From an uncultured Clostridia bacterium (GTDB lineage: Bacteria > Bacillota > Clostridia > TANB77 > CAG-508), in contig CAUWBF010000003.1 of assembly GCA_963557785.1 (NCBI GenBank), forward strand, positions 101,830 to 165,829: a DNA stretch of 64,000 bases, written 5' to 3'. The stretch's first letter is position 1. Each line of letters opens with the position of its first letter. The notes beneath the pieces are model-generated. The model searched no databases and was not told where the DNA came from. It worked only from the letters and a program-made list of their open reading frames with translations. The position numbers and the translations under genes were made by a program. Positions 13,401 to 28,400 of the stretch are shown here, one piece after another.

Positions 13401-16400
13401 TACTTTTGTAGCATATCTTGAATATCCATTTCCCCAAACCCATACATTACCTTCGCTATCTAAGGCTACAGATTTATTTCCTCTTGCTGCTACTTTTACA
13501 ATGTTTTCTATTTTATCACCATATATATCTACTACATATACTGGTGCCATTCTAAGTTCAGCTGTCATATCTCCTAATTGTCCATTGCTATTTAATCCTG
13601 TAGCTAAAACGTTTCCATTTACATTTACAAACAATGTATGGTTATCACCTGTTGCTATATCTACTATGTTAGACATATTTCCTACTCTTGTAGGAGCTGA
13701 TTTTGATTCTTTGTTTCCTATTCCAAGTTGTCCGTATCCATTGTATCCCCATGCCCAAACTTCTCCGTTTGATTTTAAAGATACCATGAATTCATTTCCT
13801 ATTTCAACTTTTGGTACTGCTATACTTCCAGTTTCAGTTACATTTATAAATGCTGATGTAGCATCTCCTGATATTGTGTGTATAACTTTAATTTGTGTTC
13901 TTCCTAATTTTTTACCTGTTACAATTCCTTTTTCTGAAACTGTTGCTATTTCTGTATTTACAGATTCATATGTAATATTTTCTGAATCAATAACATCTTC
14001 TATTAAGTTAAAGCTATTATTTAATGATCCAAATAATTCTACATCTTCATCTACACTTATCGTTGCGCTATGAGGTTCAACATTCATTACTTCTTTGTTA
14101 ATAGATGTTGGTTTATATATAGCATCATATGTTCCATTACCAAGTTGTCCATATCCATTATATCCCCATGTATAAACTTCTCCATTTATATCTGAAGATA
14201 CTGTGTTATATCTTGTTGCTGATATTGTTTTTGCATTTTGGTAATCTGTTGCTTCTACTAATGTATTTCTTTTTGTTTCTGCTTTGTTATTTCCTAAGTT
14301 GCCATATCCATTGTATCCACATCCATATACTTTTCCGTCTTTTGTGATTACTAAAGCACTATATCTACCAGCAGTTATTTCTATTACATCTGTCATTTCA
14401 CCATTGTTGCTTGAATTTTTCATTTTTACTGGTGTATTAACATAGTTATAGTTTCCTATTCCTAATTCTCCATATCCATTATATCCCCATACCCAAACTT
14501 TTGAATCTGCGTCTAGAGCATAGTAACTATCTACTTCTGAAGCTATTTCTACTATATTAGATAATCCTTCTACCTTGGTTAAGTTACTTGTTCCTAAGTT
14601 CCAAACTGTTCCGTTTTCTGCAAGAACTAATCTTTCTGTAGCTTCTACTACTTTTAAGTGGAAATCAACTTTTACAGGAGTTTTTCCATATCCTACACCC
14701 CATACATAAAGTTCACCATCTTTTGTAATAGCTGTGCTTACATTTTCGTCTGCATATATTTTAGCTATATTAGATAATCCCTCTACTTTTGTTGGTATAG
14801 CTTTTGAATTATTATCTCCTAATCCTAATTGTCCATTTCCATTATAACCCCAAGCGTATACTTCTCCATCTTTTGTTAGAGCTAAACTATGGTTATATCC
14901 TGCTGCAACATCAACAATTGTTTTGTCTCCAATTTCTAATGTTACTTGTTCTGGTTCAGTTGTTCTTATTCCTGTAAATTTACTATTTCCTAATTGACCA
15001 TTATCGTTGCATCCCCATGTCCAAACTGTTCCATTTTGTTTTAATGCTATTGTATGGTTATGTCCTGCAACAATTTTTTCTCTTGTTACTTTTGTTTCTC
15101 CAATTACATCTACTGTAATTCTTGTTTTACTTGATATTTCAGGTATAGTTACTGTTATATAAGCTCTTCCTGCTTTTATAGCTGTAACTTTACCATTTTC
15201 ATCTACTGTTGCTACTTCTTCGTTTGAAGATTCATAAGTTGTTTCTACATTTTCTTCTGTATTATATAGGATATTAAATCCATATTGTAATTTGCTTTCT
15301 ATTTGATATTCAGGGTTAGACATATTTATTGTAACTTCTGAATCTGATACTGATATATAAGGTTCGGTTGCGCATACTAGACTATTTCTGTTTACTACTG
15401 TTCCATCACCTAATTGTCCATATCCGTTATATCCTATAGACCAAACTGTTCCATCATTTTTAGCAAGTACAGAGAATGCATTTCCACCTGTTATTATCAT
15501 GCTATCATCTACTTGTGTACCGTCTTTTTCTTTCATATAACTTGGTGTTGATACAGTTCTTGTATTTCCTTGTGCTAATTGTGCATAGTTATTTTGACCC
15601 CATGCTAATATCTTTTCATCATTTGTAATTGCATAACTTGTGTAAGTTCCTGTACTTATAGCATTTACATTTGATAATCTACCGCCATCTATTCCTTTTA
15701 TTGCTTGTGGTACTGGTCCACCGACATCTGTTAATGATTTATATGAGTTATTTCCCATACCCCAAACTGTTCCATCTTCTCTTAATGCTAATACATGATT
15801 TGTTATAGATGCTGATATATCTACTATATTATTTAAGCCAGATACTTTTACTGGTACATATCTTGTAGTATATGTTCCATCTCCTAATTGTCCATATCCG
15901 TTATATCCCCAAGAATATACTTCTCCAGATACTCTTATTGCATAACTGCTGTTTGCTGCAGCTTCTATCTTAGCTATTCCTTTTAGTTTTTCTATTTTTA
16001 CAGGTAATACTGAATTTGTACTTGTTCCATTTCCTAGTTGTCCATATCCATTATAACCCCAAGCATATACATTTCCTTCAATGTCTAATGCCATAGCAAA
16101 GTTATTTCCAGCTGCTACTTGTACTATATCTTTAAGAACATCCTGTCCATCTACAGATTTTACTTGTACTGGTAAATATGCATCTTGAGTATTTTTGTTA
16201 CCTAATGCTCCATATGCACCACGACCCCAAGTCCAAACTGTTCCGTCTTCTTTTAATGCAACTACATTATTTTCTCCTACTGCAATATCTATTATTCCTG
16301 ATACTGTTGTCTTTGTAGGAACTCTTCTATCTTTTGTATCTCCTGTAGCTAACATTCCATATATATTATTTCCCCAAGTCCAAACTGTTCCATCAGATTT

Positions 16401-19400
16401 TAAAGCAATTACTGTATTGTTTATTACTTCAATTTTTGGTATAGCAATATCACCTTCTGCTAATACATAAACATTTACACTGCTTTCTACTCCAGTAACT
16501 TGTTCTTTTGCAGATATTTGTGTTTTACCTTTAGCTACTGATGTAATTTTTCCATCTTCTGTTACTTTTACAATATCTTCGTTTTTACTTGTGAATTTAA
16601 AGTTAGCTCCTTCAACCTCATCATATAATAGGTTAAATCCTACCATTAATTCAGCTGTAACTACATCTTCTTTTCCTTCACCACTTATTCTAATTGGTGT
16701 TTTATTAAATTTAACTCCAAAGTCGCTTATACATACTAGTTCTGTTTTTTGTACTTGTGTTGAATCTCCTAATTGTCCTAATTCGTTTCTACCAACGCTC
16801 CATACTGTTCCATCTTTCTTAACTACAGTTGATGATCCTTGTGATGCAGATACTTCTAATACATCTGTTATCGCTTCACCATTTACTTTCATTACTACTG
16901 GAATTGTATTGTTTGATGTATTTCCATTTGAAGCTTGACCATAAGCATTGTATCCCCATGTAACTGCTGTGTTATCTTCTTTAATTGCTACTACATGCCA
17001 TAATCCAGTTTCTATTTGTTTTACATTGCTTAGAGCACCTGTTTTTGTTTCATCTTTAACTTGTACAAATGTATAACTATTTGCTGTATTTCCTTGTCCT
17101 AATATACCATGTCCATTGTATCCAGCTGCATACACATTTCCTTCGTTATTTAAAACAACTACTGAACGTTCACCAATTTGTACATCTTCTAAGTTAGTTA
17201 GTCCTTCAACTTGTACAGGGTATAATTGGTTACTTGTATTATTTAATCCAAGTTGTCCATATCCGTTATATCCCCAAGTATATAAGTTTCCATTACCATC
17301 TATAGCTGCTGCTGATTCGTTATTTGCTGCTATTTTATAGATGTTACTAATCTTTCTTACCTTTACAGGAGTTTGGCTTTGAGCTGTTGAACCATTTCCT
17401 AGTTCTCCATATCCATTATATCCAAATGCATATACTTCTCCTTGTATAGTAAGTGCTAATGTAAATCTATTTCCTGCTGCTACTTGAACTACATTTAATA
17501 ATCCTTCAACTTTTTGTGGAGTTACTGTACTTCCTGTTCTTCCTAATTGTCCGTTTGAGTTATTTCCTGTTGTCCAAACTGTTCCATCTTCTTTTAGGAA
17601 TACTGTATAGTTGTATCCGGCTGCTACATCTATAACGCCTTCTATATCAATTTTTGCAGGTTCTACTCTATTTGTTGTATCTCCTAATCCTAGTTGTCCA
17701 TAAGCGTTATATCCCCATCCATATACTGTACCGTTAGATTTTAATGCTATTGTATGGTTTGCACCGTTTACTACTTTAGGGTTTGTTATATCTCCCTCTC
17801 TTAATACTCTTACTGTTACTAATGCTTTTGTTTCTGATTTATTACTACTAATTTCTATTGTTGTTGTACCATATTCTACTGCTGTTATAGTTCCATCTTC
17901 AGAAACTGTTGCTACTTCTTCGTTTCTACTTCTATAAGATAAAATTTCATCTGTATAGCTTGAATATAATAAGTTAAATCCTACTATTGTATTTACATTA
18001 ACTTTAGCTGTTCCTCCAATTTCATTTATAACAACTAATACTTTATCTACATCTAATACATCGTTAGAAATACATACAGGTTTACTTGCATTATTTGTAG
18101 TATCATCACCTAATTGTCCATATCCATTGTATCCTACAGTGTATACTTTACCTTCTTTTGTAGCTATACTTGATGCATTTCCTGTAGATGCCATAGCCAT
18201 TATTTTTTTATCTTCTTGAACTTTAGTTAATAATTTTGCATTTACTTTATTTTCTGTAAATAAGTTTGCATATCCATTATATCCTGCTACATATAGATTG
18301 TTTTCTGCATCTTCTGCAAATACTACATTTTTATGAGCATATATATGTTTAATGTTATTTGCTACTCCTTCAGAAGTTTTCATTTCTGCTAAAGTTGTTC
18401 CATATGTATATGTTCCTCCTGTAGCTAGTTGTCCATATCCGTTATATCCATATGTATATGCTTTATTATTTTCATCTAACAATACTGTATAGCAATTTCC
18501 AGCAGCTACTTCTATTATTCCTTGTATTGGATTATTATCTGAACCTAATACTTTCATAGGAACTACATAATTGTATGTTGTGTTATGTTGTCCTAATTGT
18601 CCATGGTGATTATATCCTGTTGCATATACAATTCCTGTTGAATCTAAGAATACTGCGTGGTCTGTTCCTGCTGCTATTTGCATTACATTAGATACTTTTC
18701 TTACTTTTATAGGTGTGTAGTTTGAACCAGTTGTATTATTTCCAAGTTGTCCATATCCATTATATCCCCATCCATATACTGTTCCATCTGCTTTTAATGC
18801 TAGAGTATATAAGTTACCAGAAGATATAGCTGTAATATCATCTAATACTCCTACTCCATTTACACCTTTAACTTGTACAAATTCTGTACTTCTTGTTGTA
18901 TTTCCTTGTCCTAATTGTCCATGACTATTATATCCTGCCATCCATACAGTTCCGTCTTTTCTTAAAACTACTGTGAAGTTATCTCCTGCTGCAACATCTA
19001 TTGCGTCTTCAATATTAGTTTTCATTGGTACTGCACTAGATGAAGTGTTACCTATTCCAAGTTGTCCATATCCATTATATCCCCATGTCCACACTGTTCC
19101 GTCATTCTTTAATGCTACAAAGTGGTTTGCTCCTGCTTCAATCTTTGGATAAACACTACCTTGTTCACCATTAACATTTACTTTAACAGCTCCGTATATA
19201 CCATTTTCTTCATCAGAAATTCTTATGTATGTTGTTCCTTCTTTTACAGAAGTAATAACTCCATTTTCATCTACTGTTGCTATGTTTTCATCTAATGATT
19301 TAAATGTATATTTTTCTGTTTCTATTACATCTAATAATAGGTTAAATCCTGTTACAGTTGTACATTGAATAGTATCTTGTTCTCCACCTTGGTTAAAGTC

Positions 19401-22400
19401 GAATATTTTCTTATTTGTATCTATTCTTGGATCACTTATGCAATATGGTACAGTTGAAGTCATTGTTGTATCGTTTCCAATTTCTCCATTACCATTATAT
19501 CCTGACATGTAAACTGTTCCGTCATATTTAACTAATGCTGTTGTTCTCCAACCTGTAGCTGCAAGCATAACATTATTAATATTTCCGTCTAAGTTTTCAT
19601 TTAGTGCTTTTCTTGGTAAAGATACTCTAGTTGCTGTTGTATTATTTCCAATTGCTCCATATCCATTGTATCCCCAGCTGTATACTTCTCCTGTTTTATT
19701 TACTGCAACCATTGTATGGTATTTTAAGTCTATGTCTACGATATCACTTAATACATCTGTATTTCCTTCATTTCTTACTGCTACTGGTAAAGTTTTATTA
19801 CCATTGTTGTTTATACCTAAAGTTCCATAATATCCATATCCCCAAGTATATACATTACCATCTGCAGAAAGAGCTCCTGATACATGGTATCCAGCTGATA
19901 TAGAAATTATTGCATTTAAGTATCCTGTTCCAGCTGTATCTTTTACTTGTCTTGGTATATACATATTGCTTGTATTACCTTGTCCTAATTCTCCATTAGC
20001 ATTGTATCCTGTTGCCCAAACTGTTCCATCTGCTTTTAATATTACTGTATGATGTTTTCCAGTTTTTACATCTATAACATTATTTATAGGGTCTACTGCA
20101 TTATATCCTAACATTCTAGTTGCATAGTATCTATTTGATGTATTGTTTATACCTAGTTCTCCATATCCATTGTATCCCCATCCATAAACATATCCATCTT
20201 CTGTTACTGCAAATGCTGAATATTGTCCTGCATCTATTTTTTCTATGTTTGTAAGTGGTGTGTTGCTATCAATTTTAACTTGAACGAATTGTAATGATCT
20301 TGATGTTGTTCCATTTCCAAGTTCACCATGTCCATTATATCCTACTGCCCATACTGTTCCGTCTTTCTTTAATACTAATGTGAAGTTTTCACCAGCTTTA
20401 ACATCTACAACATCTTCTACATCTATTTTTGTAGGTGTGTATTTGTTTTGTGTTGTACCATCTCCTAATTGTCCATATCCATTATATCCCCATGTCCATA
20501 CTGTTCCATCTGCTTTTAATGCTACTATATGGTGATTTCCTATAGATATTTTTGGTGAAACTATACCTTTTTCTGTAACTACTGTTACTTGAACTGTAGC
20601 TATTTTATCTGTTGCTGGATCTCTTACTATAACTCTTGTTACACCATAATCCTTAGCTGTAATTAATCCATTTTCATCTACTGAAGCTATTTTTTCATTT
20701 AAACTCTTATATGTTAATCCTTCTACTTTAACTTCTTCTGCATTAAATAAGTTAAATGATGTCATTATAGAGTCTACTTGTATGCTTTCATCTAATTGTA
20801 ATGTAGCTTTCTTTGGAGTTGCTGTTAATATTGAAGAAATATACATTGGTTTGTATGATTTTTCTATTCCTGGGTCAGCTAATTGTTTACCTGTATTTAA
20901 TCCCCATACTACTACTTTTCCATCTGCTGCTACTGCTAATGTATGATATGCTGTTGAAGATGAACCTTGGATTGAAATAATATTTTCTAATTTTCCTGTT
21001 CCATTTAGGTTAGTTACTACTGTTGGTAATAACTTATATGAAGTTGTGTTACTTATTCCTAATTGTCCATTTCCATTATGTCCCCATGTATACACTGTTC
21101 CGTCTTTTGCTAAAGCAACTGCATTGTAGCTACCTGCAGATATTTGAGAAATATTTTCTAATATTCCTTCTCCATCTGTAGATTTAACTTGTACTGCCAT
21201 TTGGCTATTAGCTGTAGAATTATTTCCATTTCTTCCATGAGTTCCGTATCCTGCTGAATATACAGTACCATCAGCTTTTAATAAGTATGAATTAACTTCT
21301 CCTGCTGCTACTTTAACTATATCTTCTAGTTCGAATCCTGTAGAACTATCTAATACTTTTACTGGTATTGTTCTGTTTGCTGTAGAATTATCTGCTAATT
21401 GTCCATATTTATTATATCCCCATGCCCATACTGTTCCATCTGAAAGTACAGCTAAAGCGTGGTTCCATCCTGCTGCTATATCTATAGCACCATTTATGTT
21501 AGCTTTAACTCTTACTGGTAAAGTTCTATTAGATGTTGAATCATCTCCTAACTCACCATTTCCATTATATCCAAATGTATATACTCTACCATCTTCTGTT
21601 AATAATACTGTAAAGTATCTACCTGCTACTACTTTTCTAATATTTTTAATAGCTTCTGTTCCTTGACTATTTTTAACTTTAACTGGTTCATAGCTTGTAG
21701 TAGTATTTCCTTGTCCTAATTGTCCATAGTTGTTTAATCCCCAAGCCCATACTTCTCCATCTTCAGTTAAAGCAAGTGCATGACTTTCTCCTGCTGCTAT
21801 TTGTTTAATATTTTCTAAGCCTTCTACTTGTGTTGGTACTGCAGTTGTTGTTTTAGTTCCATGTCCTAATTGTCCATTTCCATTTGTACCCCAAGACCAA
21901 ACTGTTCCATCTGCTTTTAATGCTACAGAGAAGTTTGATCCACCTACAACCATAGGCTCATATTTTAATTCTTCTGTACTATCTATTACTTTTACAGTTA
22001 CATATGTATGTAATGAATTTTCTGTATCTGTAATTTTTACTAAAGCAGTACCTGCTTTATTTCCTGTTATTTTTCCTGTTTCATCTACTGAAACTACCTC
22101 TGTATCTAAACTTTCAAAAGATAATTTTCCTGTTTCTAATTCTCTATCGAATACATTATATTCTTCAACTATGCTTGCAGAAAGCATATCTTCTGCTTCT
22201 AAGTTTAGAGTATATGTTAATTTTTCAGATTTTAGATATAAAGTTCCTACTCTCTTTAAGTATGTAGATGTGTATCTTGTTTCATCTCCTAATTGCATTT
22301 GTCCATTTGCACCTGCACCCCATACACTTCCATCTTCTTTAATTACAAATCTTGTTCCTGACCATCCTGTTCCTGAAATTGTAAGTACATTTTCTATATT

Positions 22401-25400
22401 TTGTTTTGATGTATCTTTCATTTGAACAAATTCGTATGTATTTGATGTATTTCCTATACCTAATCTTCCATCTGAATTGTGTCCTGCTGCATATGCTTTT
22501 CCATCATCTGTTACATAGTATAATGCTCCTGCTAATGCTCCTATTTCTTTTACATTTTCTAATGTTTCTCTTGTAGTTTCTGTTGTTACAGTTCCATCTT
22601 CAGCTACTACTTCTCTTGTAACTTTAGTAGTTATGTATTGTGGATATGTTCTTGCTGTTGTATTTCCTTGTCCAAATTCTCCACTTCCGTTTTGTCCCCA
22701 AGCATATATATTTCTATTTTCTGTATAAGCAAAGCTTGCATTGTCTTCTGCTAGTACTTTAGTTATTCCTGTTAAGTCGAATGTATTATCTGAATTGTGA
22801 ACTTTATGGAATATATATGATGTTCCACTATATCCTAATTGTCCTTGATCTCCATATCCTGCTGAATATACTGTTCCATCTGTAGCTAGTACTAATGTAT
22901 GCCAATATCCTTCTGTTACTGCTACTGCATCATCAATATTAAATGCTTTTTGTGGTGTAGAACTTCCTGAATGTGTTGTATTTATTCCAAATTGGCCATA
23001 ATCATTTCTTCCTGCTGACCATACTGTTCCATCTTGTTTTATAAATACTGTAGATTCTCTATATGCTGCTACGTCTCTTACATTTGTCATAGATTCTACT
23101 TTTGTAGCATATTTTTGATTTGTTGTATTTCCTAGTCCTAATTGTCCTACATTATTTTGTCCCCAAGTATATACATCTCCATCTTTTGTTAGGGCTACTG
23201 TATGGTTTATACCAGCTGCTACTTTTATAACATTACTTAATGGTGATCCATTTGAAAGTATAACTTGTGTTAATGTACCCATAGGATTTACAGTTGTACC
23301 ATCTCCTGATTGTCCATAATTATTTAATCCTGCTGTCCAAACTGTTCCATCTTGTTTTAGAATTACAGAGTGCTGATTTCCAGACACAGCCATTGGGAAT
23401 GTTACTGCGCCTTCTTTATTTTCAGTTACAGATACTGTAGCTACTGCTTTTTTACCTGAAACTTTATCTTCTGCAATTATTTGTGTTTGGCCTACTTTTA
23501 GACCTGTAATAACTCCTTCTTCATTAACTTTTGCTATATTTTCATTTACAACTTTGTATGTAATATTTCCTACTACATAGTTCTCATTGTATAAATTGAA
23601 TCCGTTTTGAACTCTTAAATTTAATTTAATTGTATCATCTTGTTTTACTATTACATCATCAGCAAATAAATTGTCTGTATCTAGTAATTCTGCATAATTT
23701 TTATTTGAACTTTCTTGATTTAATAGTTTATATTGTGTACCTTCTCCTAGTCCATATATTTCCCCATTTGTTGTTGTTAAATAAATTGTTGCTACAGTGG
23801 CTGATTGAGAAATACTTGCAATATTTCTTGGTAATTCTTTACCATATCTTCCTTTTAATTCTACTGGTAGATTAGAGTTTGTATTATTTCCTTGTCCTAA
23901 TTCTCCCCAATAGTTATCTCCTATACCATATACTATTCCTTCTTTATTTAATGCAAAAGTTGCAGCATGTGAAGAACCTATTTGTACTATATTTTCTAAA
24001 TATCCTTCTCCATTTACACCTTTTACTTGTACTGGCATACTTACATTTGTAGTTGTGCTATTTCCTAATTGTCCATATCCATTATATCCTGTTGTCCAAA
24101 CTGTTCCGTCTGCTTTTAGCATTATTGAATGATATTGTCCTGCTGCTATGGCTATAACATCAGACATTTCCATTTTATATGCTATTGCTTCTGCATTAGA
24201 TGTTCTACCATTACCTAGTTGTCCATATCCGTTATATCCTCCTGCATATACATCACCATCTTTTGTTAATGCTAAATAATGATCTGTACCAGTTGCTATA
24301 TCTACTACATTTTCTAGTATTACATTTTTAACAGCATAGTTGTATTGTGTAGTATTATTTGTTCCAAGTTCTCCATTATCATTTCTACCTGCTCCTATTA
24401 CTGTTCCGTCAGATAATATTATTGTGCAGTTTTGTAACATTCCATAAACTTTTGTAGCATTTTCTACTGGTACTATTGCTCCTTCTGTATTTTTTGTTAC
24501 AACTCTTGTAGGTAATTTTCTATTTGTTGTATCTCCTACACCTAATCTTCCATAATTGTTTAGTCCCCAAGCATACACTGCACCATCTGCTGTTACTGCA
24601 TATGCTGAGTTTGGAGCTGCACCTATATGAATTACATTTCTTAAGAATCCTGTTCCTTCACTGTCTTTTACTTGAACTGGCACATATGAAGCTGTAGTAT
24701 TTCCTTGTCCTAACTCACCATATGTATTTAATCCCCAAGTCCAAACTGTTCCGTCATTCTTTAATGCTATTGTAAATTCATCTTCTATAAGAATCATTGC
24801 ATAATCATTTTCTCTATCTTGTGGTATTACTTTAATTATAGCTTCTGCTGTTTTTCCAGTTCTTGTTTCTGTTGCTACTAATTTTGTATAACCTTCAGAT
24901 AAACCTGTAATGTCTCCATTATCATCAATTCTTGCAATTGTACTATCTTCAACTGTATATGTATATCCTTCTACTTCCCATGCGTCTCCAAATACATTTA
25001 TTTTGTCTGTTTTGTTTATTTCTCCTTGTTTTGTTTCGTTTACATTTACAGTTATTGTTTTTTCTGCAAATTGTAGAGTATCTGTTCCAACTTCTGTTAA
25101 TACTGTTTTATTTAATAATGAGCCATCACCAATTTGTCCATAATTATCTCTACCTGATGCTATTACTTCACCTGTTTCTCTTACCATTAATTGATGTCTA
25201 GAATTACTTGTTCCTGCTATTGTTAGAACTTCTTCTACTTGTGCATTTGTTTTGCCATCTTGCATTTCAACAAATTCTGCTGAATTTGTAGTTGTTCCAT
25301 TTGCTAATTGTCCATTGCTATTTAATCCTGATGCCCATACTTTTCCATTTGCGTCTTTATAATAGAAAGTACCTTCTGTTGCTGAAATTTCTTTAGCACC

Positions 25401-28400
25401 AGAAATTTCTTCTCTTATTATATTTTCGCCTTCTACTCCTTCTTCTGTAACTGTATGTTCTACTTCTTTTGTTCTTAATGTTAGAGGTTTTAAACTATTT
25501 GTTGTTGTTCCATTTCCAAATTGTCCATATCCATTATATCCCCATCCATATATATTTCCTTCTGTTGTTAATGCATAGCTATTCCATACAGAGGCTGATA
25601 TTGAAGCTATATTATCTAATTCTTTAGTTGCATCTTGATTATATACTTTTTCATAAATGCTCTTTTGAGCTGTTGTATTTATACCTAATTGTCCATAATC
25701 ATTATATCCAGATGCCCAAACTGTTCCATCTCCATTTAGTATTAAGTTATACCAATATCCACAAGCTGCTTCTGTAGCATTATTTATATACCAAGCTTGT
25801 ACTGGAGTAGAGTTTGTTGTAGCTCCTGTATTATTTCCAAATTTTCCATAATCGTTTCTACCTACGCTCCAAACTGTTCCATCTTTTTTGATGAATACAG
25901 AATCATCTGCGTTTGCTCCGATATCTCTAACATCTGAAATAGTAGTTAGTTTTGTAGCATAAACTTGATTTGTTGTATTTCCATTTCCTAATTGTCCATA
26001 TCCGTTATATCCCCAGCTATATATTTCTCCATCTTGTGTTAGAGCTATAGCATGATTATTTCCTACTGCTATTTTTGTTATTCCGCTTAAGTTTTCTGTT
26101 TCAGAAATTTTAACTTGTACGAATTCTTGTCTATCTATTGTTGTACCATTTCCTAATTGTCCTACATTATTTCTTCCTGAAGTCCATACTGTTCCATCTT
26201 GTTTTAAAATTACAGAATGTGTATTTCCTTGTAGTGCCATAGGGAATGCTATTGCGTTTTCTTTATCTTGTAATACAGATACTTTAGCTATTGCTTTTTT
26301 ACCTGTAGCTTCATCTTTTGCAATTATATGTGTTTGTCCTACTTTATTTCCTGTAACAACCCCACTTTCATCAACTGTTGCTATTTCTTCATCCATACTT
26401 GTGTATGTGATTTTTCCATCTAAAGTTAATTGGTTGTTATATATATTGAAAGCTTCTCTTGTAGATAATTCTACATTTGTAGTGTTTCCTTGTTTTACAG
26501 TCATTTCTTCCATACGCATTTCATCGTCGCCTAAACTAATTACGTATGGTACATTTACGCTTTCTAATGTTAATAAATTATAGTAGTGTCCTTCACCTGC
26601 TCCTAATACTTCACCTGTACTTCTTACTAAATAAAGTGTTCCTTCTGATGCAGATGATGAAATAAATTCGATATCTTTTGGTAAACTTTGTCTATATTTA
26701 TCTTTAAGCTCTACTGGATAGTAATATGCACCGCCTACTCCTCCTTGAGCTAGTTGTCCTTCTGTATTTGTACCAAATCCATATATAGTTCCATTTTTTG
26801 TCATTGCATATGTACTACGCCATGTACTTCCTATTTCAACTATATCTTCTAAATATCCTTCTCCATTTACTCCTTTTACTTGTACTGGGTAAACTTGACT
26901 TGTTGTGTTTCCTATTCCTAATTGTCCATAGTCGTTTAGACCTGTTGTCCAAACTGTGCCATCGGCTTTTAACATTATAGAGTGATAGTCACCAGTTGTT
27001 ATTTTAGCTACATTAGATATTTCCATTTTGTATGCTATTGTTTCTGCATTAGATGTTCTACCAATACCTAATTCTCCGTGTCCATTATATCCTCCACCAT
27101 AAACATCTCCGTCTCTAGTTAACGCTATATAATGATCTATTCCTGTAGCCATTTCTACTATATCTTCTAGTAATATATTTTTAACTGCATAGTATGTTGT
27201 TGTAGTATTGTTTGTTCCTAATTCTCCATGGTTGTTATATCCTGCTCCCAAAACTGTTCCGTCTGCTAATAATATATGCATATCATATTGTCCTGCATAT
27301 ACTTTTACAGCATTTTCTACAGGTACAACATCTCCTGCTGCATTTTTAGTTAATACTTTAACTGGTAAAGTTCTATTAGTTGTTGTTCCATCTGATAATC
27401 TACCATATTGGTTATTACCCCAAGCATATACTTCACCTGTTTTAGTTACTGCATAAGATGTTTGTTGTGCTGCACCAATATAAATTATATCTTCTAGATA
27501 TCCTTTTCCTGTACTATCCTTTACTTGAAGAGGTCTAGATGCATTTGTAGTATTTCCTTGTCCTAATTGTCCATTTTCATTAGATCCCCAAGCCCATACT
27601 GTTCCATCTTCTTTTAGTGCTAATGTGAAGTAATCTTCTTGTACAATCATTGCTATACTTGTTTCTTTTTCTTCTGGTACTACTTCTACTAAAACATAAT
27701 CTTTAGTATTTAGTCCATCTTCTGAAACTTCTACTCTTGTATATCCTTCTTTTAATGCTGTTAAGTTTCCGTTTTCATCTATATTTGCAATATCTTCATC
27801 TAATACTTTGTATGTTACATTTCCTGGTGTCCAAGTATTTCCATAAACATTCATTGCATTTTTAATTCTTGTTTCTATTTTCTTTGTTCCTGAAACTTTT
27901 ACTTTTATAGATGTTTCTATAGCATCTATTTTATCTTCTCCAACTTGTACTAATTCTTTTGTAGAAGTTACAGTTTCATTTCCTAATTGTCCATAGCTAT
28001 TATTTCCAACTGTCCATACTGTTCCATCTTCTCTTATAACTGCGCTATTTAATAAGTTCCATTCTCTTGCAATATATATAGCATCTTCTATAACTTCTCC
28101 ATTTGCTTTGTATGCTACTGGTAGGTTTCTGTTTGTTGTATCATTTTGTGCTAATGAACCATTTGTGTTATATCCCATTCCATAAGCTTTTCCATCTTTT
28201 GTTATAAAGTGTAAACTTTGGTCTCCACCATTTACATATTTAACATTTTCTATTGGAGCTGTTCCATCGCTATTTAATACTTGTACAGGTTTATCTGAAT
28301 CTTTATTTGCACCATTTCCTAATGCTCCTGTTGTTCCCCATCCCCAAGTATAAGCTTTTCCTTCTTCTGTTACAACAATTGCTCCATGATATCCATATTC

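Noticed and set aside
13700-21600. Recurrent TTGTCCATATCCRTTRTATCC tracts as a CRISPR-like array
   Set aside because: They encode the RCC1 motif GYNGYGQ; spacing is irregular, variation is synonymous, no cas genes.
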